Positions 1 through 9,303 of a DNA stretch of 39,880 nt are shown here, in pieces. The DNA is from Archangium sp. (lineage in GTDB: Bacteria > Myxococcota > Myxococcia > Myxococcales > Myxococcaceae), in assembly GCA_031367385.1 (NCBI GenBank), contig JANLPS010000161.1, positions 1 through 39,880 of the forward strand, in the 5' to 3' direction. The notes beneath the pieces were generated by a model, which saw only the letters and a list, made by a program, of their open reading frames with translations, did no database searches and was not told the DNA's origin. Each line of letters starts with the position of its first letter. Positions within the stretch are counted from its first letter, which is position 1. Position numbers and translations under genes: made by a program.

Positions 1-11
1 GCTACACCCCA
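1..11 (-). tRNA. 5' fragment of a tRNA, probably tRNA-Gln (truncated by window edge)
   Basis: Minus strand reads TGGGGTGTAGC, i.e. a 7-nt acceptor arm starting with U1 followed by TAGC, 3 nt downstream of tRNA-Gly. A U1/GGGG start is typical of bacterial tRNA-Gln. The anticodon lies outside the window. Confidence 0.55.
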
Positions 12-14
12 ATG

Positions 15-87
15 AGCGGGCGGCGGGAGTCGAACCCGCGCGTGTCAGTTTGGAAGACTGATGCCTTTTCCGCTTGGCCACGCCCGC
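15..87 (-). tRNA. tRNA-Gly(TCC), CCA not encoded
   Basis: Cloverleaf with acceptor GCGGGCG/CGCCCGC plus U73, anticodon arm TCAGT-CTTCCAA-ACTGA and T-arm GCGGG-TTCGACT-CCCGC. It is followed by CAT, not CCA. Confidence 0.9.
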
Positions 88-95
88 ATGTGTTG

Positions 96-167
96 TACCG
101 CCGCAGGGACTCGAACCCTGACCTCTCCGTTTAAAAGACGGGTGCTCTGCCTTCGAGCTCCGACGGC
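96..167 (-). tRNA. tRNA-Lys(TTT), atypical (G8, G14), CCA not encoded
   Basis: Acceptor GCCGTCG/CGGCGGT plus A73, D-stem GCTC/GAGC, anticodon arm CCCGT-CTTTTAA-ACGGA and T-arm CAGGG-TTCGAGT-CCCTG. The conserved U8/A14 pair is replaced by G/G. Confidence 0.8.
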
Positions 168-242
168 AAGCCTCTGCGCACCGCAGCTCTCGTTTCTTCA
201 CCGTGTTCATGGTCGACCTCTGTTCAGCGTGGGACTTCGAGT

Positions 243-314
243 TGGCACGGAGGGAATCGAACCCTCAACCTCGCGCTGAAGAGGCGCTTGCTCTTCTTGT
301 TGGGCTACCGAGGC
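243..314 (-). pseudogene. Degenerate tRNA-Lys(CTT)-like pseudo-tRNA
   Basis: T-arm GAGGG-TTCGATT-CCCTC and anticodon arm (A)GCGC-CTCTTCA-GCGC(G) are present. The acceptor stem (GCCTCGG vs CCGTGCC) has mismatches and overlaps the T-stem, the D-loop lacks GG and position 37 is C. Confidence 0.65.
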
Positions 315-315
315 G

Positions 316-392
316 TGGCACGGCAGGAAGGAGTCGAACCTTCAGCGTCGGGTTTTGGAGGCCCGTGCCCTTTCCGATGGGGCTTCTGCCGT
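316..392 (-). tRNA. tRNA-Trp(CCA), CCA encoded, atypical (A8, C14)
   Basis: Acceptor ACGGCAG/CTGCCGT plus G73-CCA, D-stem GCCC/GGGC, anticodon loop CTCCAAA with a C31-A39 mismatch and T-arm GAAGG-TTCGACT-CCTTC. Confidence 0.88.
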
Positions 393-418
393 AGAAAATA
401 TTTGGGTTGAAATGCGGC

Positions 419-454
419 AAGAAAAGAGGCCGGGAGCTTTCGCCACCCGGCCTC
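419..454 (-). terminator. Intrinsic terminator / attenuator hairpin upstream of the tRNA array
   Basis: Minus strand GAGGCCGGG-TGGCGAAAGCT-CCCGGCCTC followed by TTTTCTT, a perfect 9-bp stem ending ~26 nt upstream of tRNA-Trp. Confidence 0.75.
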
Positions 455-481
455 CAAGAAGTCTCCACGTAGGAGAATCCT

Positions 482-517
482 CTAAGAGCTGGGGAGCTGG
501 CGACCGCATTGATTCAT
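482..517 (-). CDS. Putative attenuator leader peptide MNQCGRQLPSS (11 aa)
   Basis: ATG AAT CAA TGC GGT CGC CAG CTC CCC AGC TCT TAG. The stop lies 27 nt upstream of the terminator stem, and the 3' half of the ORF can pair with the terminator 5' arm and loop. The SD is weak. Confidence 0.45.
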   Translation of the reverse strand: MNQCGRQLPSS

Positions 518-1269
518 GGGGAAGTTGCTCAAAACGCAATCGGGAAACACGATGCCGAGTCCGGACCGAAAATCAGGGCGCGCGGCTTCCACCGTTTCTT
601 GATGCCACATCGCGCTGTATGCAATTGAAGCCATGGCGGGTGTCGCTCCGGGCAATGGAGACGCGGCCGCTTGGGATGTCTGACGAGGCTCGTGTCGAAC
701 TTCTCAAAAACGCAGAGCGACAACATGCTGAGCAGCCGCCACATGTTCAGGCTCGCGCCCATGTTGATGCCTTGCGACCAGCTTTGGAAACGCGGCGGGG
801 GCGGGGAGGGTCAGGCAGTCGAGAGACAGTGTCGGAAATCAACGCAAGCACGAGGTCCCTCAGCGAGCCTCACGGGCAGCAGCGACCGCCGTCAATGCCG
901 CATGCAGGTTCGACGGCAGCCCATACGTCCGGCCGAAGTCGAGGAGCTGATTCAAGCTGTGGCTAAACTCCCGCCCAATCTGCGCGGAATTGAGGGCGAT
1001 GAGTGCGAGGTTGGGTCCCGTGAAGTTCATCGCCTCCGAAAAATCACGAAGGGTCTCTTCCACTCGATTCGTCAGGAATTCCTCATTGGCGGAGCTGAGC
1101 CAGAAAACATCTGCTCAGAGCGAGGCCACTTCTGGCTCGTCTCGGACGTCGGGCCGCCAACAGCAGCTTCCGGACCATCCCCGTCACGCACAGCACGCCG
1201 TAGCCGGCGCTCGGCGTGAAACGGGTCAAAAGCCCGCGTCGCCACCGAACAGGCGTTAGAACGCAGGAG

Positions 1270-2352
1270 GTGCCGGAGCAGACCGCTGACGTTCAAGAAA
1301 TGCGAATTCGACTCGAGGGCCGTGTCGAGCGGCTCGAGCATGCACGCCACGAGCTCGAGGCACTTTCGTCATTGCTCGATGACCGGTGGCCTCGGCGCTT
1401 GCCATGGCAGGTCGAGCGTGTACGGCTGATCGCCGACCTCCCGGCCATCGACGAAGCCATGAGCGCCCTCCGAGCGCTGCCGCAAACCCACGCCCTGGCA
1501 CATTCAGTCGAGCAATCGCGTCGCACCCTCGAGCGCCTCGCGGGAGCCGCCTGGTCATCACTCGGCGACTCGCCCACGGGTCAATCACTCGACGCCTTGC
1601 TGCTCGGCCTGCTCGAACGCGCGCCCATCGACATCGGCTATTCGACTTCGGCCGCAGGGTGGCCGGTGGGGTTCACGATTCTCGCTGGCACCGCGGCGCT
1701 GGCCTTCAGTCAGACCTGGCCGGTCATCATCGGCTGCGGGCTCGCGGTGCTGGCGAGCCTGCTGGCCTGGTACTTCGCGCCCCGTCGAATCTGGGAGATG
1801 CGCTCGTCGAGCATCGTGATTCGCACGCCGAAGCTGCGCGAGCTGCCCTTCAGCGCGATCGAGCGCGTCGAGCAGCTCAACGGCACGGTCGTGGTGCACC
1901 ACACCGAAGAAGGCGTTCGCGTGCAGGAGTCACTCGAGTGCGACTCGCCAGCCGACCTGGCCGCGTTGCTCACCTTGCATCGCGCGCGCAAGGTGCCTCG
2001 AGCCGCCGACCGCCGTGAAGACGCGGTGGTCACCGCTGCGAGGTGGGGTGAGGTCGACGGAGCCATTCTGGCCTTCGCCCGAGGTGTGTTTTTCGTGAAT
2101 CAAAACAACTTATTGCGGGGCTTCGTCGTGCCCCCACGGCTGCTCTTACAAGAGCTCGCCTTGTTGACCGACGACGCGCTCGAGGCCCTCGGAGCGAGCC
2201 TCGACGCGGGCGAGTTCTGGCCCGCCGGGCAGTGCCGGGTCACCACCGGCCAAAGTTCAAACGAGCGAGTGCTCCACCTGGGCCAAGCCCGAGCCGTCAC
2301 CGCCCCGGTCACCGCCGAAGAGGCCGCACGGCTCGAGCGCTGGTTCGCGTAA
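1270..2352 (+). CDS. Hypothetical membrane protein (N-terminal helical region, two TM helices, PH-like C-terminal region)
   Basis: Long ORF with host-like codon usage and a hydrophobic hairpin (WPVGFTILAGTAALAF...LAVLASLLAWYF). Start is uncertain (1216, 1270 or 1300). Confidence 0.7.
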   Translation: MPEQTADVQEMRIRLEGRVERLEHARHELEALSSLLDDRWPRRLPWQVERVRLIADLPAIDEAMSALRALPQTHALAHSVEQSRRTLERLAGAAWSSLGDSPTGQSLDALLLGLLERAPIDIGYSTSAAGWPVGFTILAGTAALAFSQTWPVIIGCGLAVLASLLAWYFAPRRIWEMRSSSIVIRTPKLRELPFSAIERVEQLNGTVVVHHTEEGVRVQESLECDSPADLAALLTLHRARKVPRAADRREDAVVTAARWGEVDGAILAFARGVFFVNQNNLLRGFVVPPRLLLQELALLTDDALEALGASLDAGEFWPAGQCRVTTGQSSNERVLHLGQARAVTAPVTAEEAARLERWFA

Positions 2353-2365
2353 ATCCCCCAGCGGC

Positions 2366-5950
<3,585 letters not shown>

Positions 5951-6118
5951 GGGTTTTGGGCGCCCCTCAAAATCGCGCTGGAGCCGGAAAATCGGCCCAG
6001 AACGCGGGTCGAGATAGCACGCGGCGAATCAGGTGAGCAAGCATGACACTACGTTGCATGACCATATGTTGCCACCTGTCGCAACCGGTCGCATCGACTC
6101 GCGATATACCCCATCGCC

Positions 6119-6802
6119 ATGCGCGCGTTGATCTCTGCCAGCCTGGTCGTGGTTGCCGTCTCGAGCTGCCAGAGCTGCGAAAAGAAGGTGCCCCCACCAC
6201 CGCCTGTCGCCGCCGTCGAACCTCAGCGAACGTTCTTCGATTGGCTCACCACCAACGAAGACGAGCTCGCGCTGCAGATCTCCCAAAGCGACGCCGTCGG
6301 TGGGCTCAAGGTCTTGACCGAGAAGATTCACGAGTCGCACCCGTTGCTCGTCGTCGAGCTCGCGGTCGACCGCACCCCTGCTGGAGTTCACACCATCGTC
6401 ATCTCGGCCGACGGAGACCTGGCCAAGTTCGCCGGAGTGAAGCAGTTCGTCACAGGCGCGCCCGCGAGCCTGAAGCACTTCAAGGTCGTCGCGTTTCGGC
6501 AGCGCCGGCAGGGTGACGAGAAGATTCAGGTCGAAGATCAGGAATTCAGCACCGCCGATTTTTTCTACCGGGAGCTGCGCCGCAGCGAGGGCAAGCTCGA
6601 CATCGAGATTCTGGTCAAAGGCATGAACGCCGAGAACAACGCCAAGATGATCAAGGCCGCCACGCTGCTCCTCGACGGAGCCCTCGGCGAGTATGACTCG
6701 GCGACCAAGCTGGGAGAGGTCAACCTCACGACGATGCCGGCCGACCCGCCGCCGAACGTCAAACCGCTCGCGGCAATCGCGCAAGCCGTTGATTCGCTGT
6801 GA
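6119..6802 (+). CDS. Hypothetical lipoprotein
   Basis: Signal peptide with lipobox-like VSSC, a Pro-rich linker and a globular domain (FFDW...VISADG...AP...F.VVAFRQ...LDGALGEYD) resembling an uncharacterised bacterial family. Confidence 0.8.
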   Translation: MRALISASLVVVAVSSCQSCEKKVPPPPPVAAVEPQRTFFDWLTTNEDELALQISQSDAVGGLKVLTEKIHESHPLLVVELAVDRTPAGVHTIVISADGDLAKFAGVKQFVTGAPASLKHFKVVAFRQRRQGDEKIQVEDQEFSTADFFYRELRRSEGKLDIEILVKGMNAENNAKMIKAATLLLDGALGEYDSATKLGEVNLTTMPADPPPNVKPLAAIAQAVDSL

Positions 6803-6814
6803 GCGGGAGGCCGG

Positions 6815-6976
6815 TTACGCCGGCTTGGCGGTGACGACCGCGACGAGGCGGCCATCGATGATCTGCATCGTCGGCTTCGAGAACAACTTCGTCACCGGCA
6901 TCACCACGTGCAGCACTGGCAGCGCGTCGCGCTTTCGTTGCTGACTGTCGATTTTGGCAACTGTGTTGTCAGTCAT
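6815..6976 (-). CDS. Small protein, 53 aa (MTDNTVAKIDSQQRKRDALPVLHVVMPVTKLFSKPTMQIIDGRLVAVVTAKPA)
   Basis: GC3-rich codon usage, fills the gap between convergent and tandem genes, and lies directly behind a sigma54-type promoter. Confidence 0.65.
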   Translation of the reverse strand: MTDNTVAKIDSQQRKRDALPVLHVVMPVTKLFSKPTMQIIDGRLVAVVTAKPA

Positions 6977-7014
6977 TGGCGAAAGAGACCCGTGAGAGCG
7001 TGTCCCCGGCTCAG

Positions 7015-7031
7015 AGCAAAAGGCTGGCCAA
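7015..7031 (-). promoter_or_regulatory. Sigma54 (-24/-12) promoter for the 53-aa ORF
   Basis: Minus strand TTGGCCAGCCTTTTGCT has exact GG-N10-GC spacing and is close to the TGGCAC-N5-TTGCW consensus. It ends ~38 nt upstream of the ATG. Confidence 0.7.
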
Positions 7032-7147
7032 GGCCCTGAAGACTTAGAATGCGACGGGTTAGCCCCGAGAAACCCTCTCCGTGGCGACACGCGTGTGCCA
7101 TCTCGACCGCGCTCGTCTGCACCATGCGACACCCGCCTACATGAAAA

Positions 7148-8551
7148 CTACGGCATCTCCACAGCGAGGAGTGACCGATTGGCCCCGCCGCCAGGCACCG
7201 CGATCTTCAGCAGCAGCACCGAGCCGGGTCGCACCTCTTTGAGGGCCGTCATCAGCTCATCACGGCCTCGCACGGCCTTGTGGTTCACCTCGACGACGAC
7301 CATGCCGCGTTGAAAGCCAGCGCGCTCGGCAGGGCTGCCAGGCGCGACCTCGACCACCAACGCGCCGGTTCTGGGCAGCTCGGCGGCCTCGGAGGCTCGA
7401 GGGTCGATGTCTTGAAACGAGAGCCCGATGCGCTGCTTCGCGGGGGGCTCACCTGAGACCTCACCGCCCTTCATTTCGCCCAGACCCTCGAGGTCGGGGC
7501 GCAGGCCGATCTTCACTTTTGCCTCGATCGGCTTGCCGGAGCGAAACACGCTCAACGTCACCACGCCCTCGGGCCGCTTCAACGCGATGGCGCGGGTCAG
7601 GCCGTTGGCCGACGACACCTTCTCGCCGTCGATCGAGACGACCACGTCTTCGTCTTTGAGGCCGCCCTTCTGCGCGGGCGAGCCGTCGTTGACGTTGGTG
7701 ATCAGCGCTCCGTCGCTCACCGGCAGCGCGAGCGCTCGGGCCAGGGTCGGGTTCACGTCTTGAATCGCGACGCCCAACCAGCCGCGGGTGACGACTCCGT
7801 TCTTTTCGAGCTGCGGCAACAGCGCCTTGACCATCGACGACGGCACCGCGAACCCAATGCCAGTGGCCGAGCCGATGATCGCCGAGTTGATGCCGATGAC
7901 CTCGCCCTTCAAGTTGAACAGCGGCCCCCCCGAGTTGCCCGGGTTGATCGCGGCGTCGGTCTGCAGAAACTGGTCATAGCGGCTGGCGCCGATCTGCCGG
8001 TCGAGCGCTGAGATGATGCCCGCCGAGACGCTCGATGAGAGGCCGAAGGGGTTGCCGATGGCGACGACCCAGTCTCCGACGCGCATCGCCGACGAATCGC
8101 CGAGCTTGAGCGCCGGCAACGAGTCGACCTTGCCCTTGAGCTTGATCACCGCCACGTCGCTCAAGGGGTCGCGCCCGACGATGTCGGCGTCGAAGCTGCG
8201 GCCGTCATCGAGGCGAACCCGAATGGTGACCGCGCCTTCGACCACGTGGTTGTTGGTGAGCACCATGCCCTTGGGGTCGATGATGAAGCCCGACCCGCTG
8301 CCTGAGTTGAGGGGCTCGTCGCTGCCACCGCGCGAGCCACGGCGACGCAAGAACCGCTCACTGGCGCCCATTTGTTCTTCAGAGACGCGCTTCTGCACGT
8401 CGACGTTGACCACCGCGCTCTTGACCGACTCGACCAGGGGGGCCAGCGAGGGCAGGGTGCCTTCTTTGGGGGCGACCACCTGCGCGAACGACGAGACAGA
8501 GACGACGAGGCACAACACCGCAACGAAATTCTTCGAGTGGGGGAAGCTCAT
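7148..8551 (-). CDS. Do/HtrA family serine endopeptidase with two PDZ domains (DegP/DegQ-like)
   Basis: Signal peptide, GSGSGFII, TNNHV (His), SDVAV (Asp), TDAAINPGNSGGPL (Ser) and two PDZ domains (GWLGVAI; RIGLSF). Confidence 0.96.
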   Translation of the reverse strand: MSFPHSKNFVAVLCLVVSVSSFAQVVAPKEGTLPSLAPLVESVKSAVVNVDVQKRVSEEQMGASERFLRRRGSRGGSDEPLNSGSGSGFIIDPKGMVLTNNHVVEGAVTIRVRLDDGRSFDADIVGRDPLSDVAVIKLKGKVDSLPALKLGDSSAMRVGDWVVAIGNPFGLSSSVSAGIISALDRQIGASRYDQFLQTDAAINPGNSGGPLFNLKGEVIGINSAIIGSATGIGFAVPSSMVKALLPQLEKNGVVTRGWLGVAIQDVNPTLARALALPVSDGALITNVNDGSPAQKGGLKDEDVVVSIDGEKVSSANGLTRAIALKRPEGVVTLSVFRSGKPIEAKVKIGLRPDLEGLGEMKGGEVSGEPPAKQRIGLSFQDIDPRASEAAELPRTGALVVEVAPGSPAERAGFQRGMVVVEVNHKAVRGRDELMTALKEVRPGSVLLLKIAVPGGGANRSLLAVEMP

Positions 8552-8603
8552 GGGGGCCCTCAACGAACGATTGCACAAAAGATTTCAAAACTGCCGTTCA
8601 ACC

Positions 8604-9116
8604 TTAGGGCCAGGTGAGGGCCAGGGTCGCCCCCATTTGGCTGCTGGGTGCGCCCAGCTTGAGCTCGAGGCTGACCGGTTGGTCTTCGTTCGGCCCGACC
8701 GTCGACTCGAGCCGGTAGCGCCCGCCCGCGAACAACAGCCCGACGCCCACCGCCTGAATGCCAGCGTCTGCCAGGTACAGGAGTGCCGGGACCTGACCAA
8801 AAGTTTCACCGCGGTGGGTGTTCGCAGCGATGCCTGCCATCACCAAGGGCGAGATCACCGGCCCAGACGCCATCACCCCGAGCCAGCCCAAGACGCCGCC
8901 CGGCTGAACCTGGCCGCGGGGCATCGCCAGGTCGGAGAACGAGCCGAGGAGAAACGACCCATACCCTGCCGTAAACAGCAGTGCGCCAGCGACCTCGAGC
9001 GGCGGCAGCGGCCTTCGCACCAGGTGCAGGCTGCGCGACTGGGTGGGCACTTCGCGAACGAAAGACGGAGCTTGAGCCAACGGGAGGTGAGCCATCAGAG
9101 CGAGTGAAAGGAGCAT
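8604..9116 (-). CDS. Hypothetical exported/membrane protein
   Basis: Likely start MLLSLALMAHLPLAQA (signal-like), hydrophobic segments and a C-terminal GATLALTWP. Confidence 0.65.
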   Translation of the reverse strand: MLLSLALMAHLPLAQAPSFVREVPTQSRSLHLVRRPLPPLEVAGALLFTAGYGSFLLGSFSDLAMPRGQVQPGGVLGWLGVMASGPVISPLVMAGIAANTHRGETFGQVPALLYLADAGIQAVGVGLLFAGGRYRLESTVGPNEDQPVSLELKLGAPSSQMGATLALTWP

Positions 9117-9303
9117 GCCCGGCAGCAGTTCACCGGTCGGGCCCACGCCAACGCGCTGATGTCGCTGGGCCTCCCTCGCCACTCGTGTGCAAGCCCCTGC
9201 ACACCTGTTCGAAGAGACATGTACGGCGTGGTGGGAAAAAGCCGTCGGGCAGCTATGGTGCACGGCGTTTTGCGTTCTTAGGGCCGAAGGAGCTGGACTC
9301 ACC

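Noticed and set aside
243..314. Possible Sec/opal-suppressor tRNA, because TCA occurs in the anticodon loop
   Set aside because: The stem register places CTT at the anticodon. There is no long variable arm or extended acceptor stem.
61..539. ORF-track ORFs overlapping the tRNA array (61-279, 203-394, 265-468, 342-539)
   Set aside because: They overlap recognisable tRNA cloverleaves and translate into typical tRNA-derived spurious peptides (e.g. GIEPSTSR, GLQNPTLKVRLLP).
520..640. Sigma54 promoter for the tRNA leader (GGCATCGTGTTTCC; TGGCTTCAATTGCA)
   Set aside because: Neither candidate has the required GG-N10-GC spacing.
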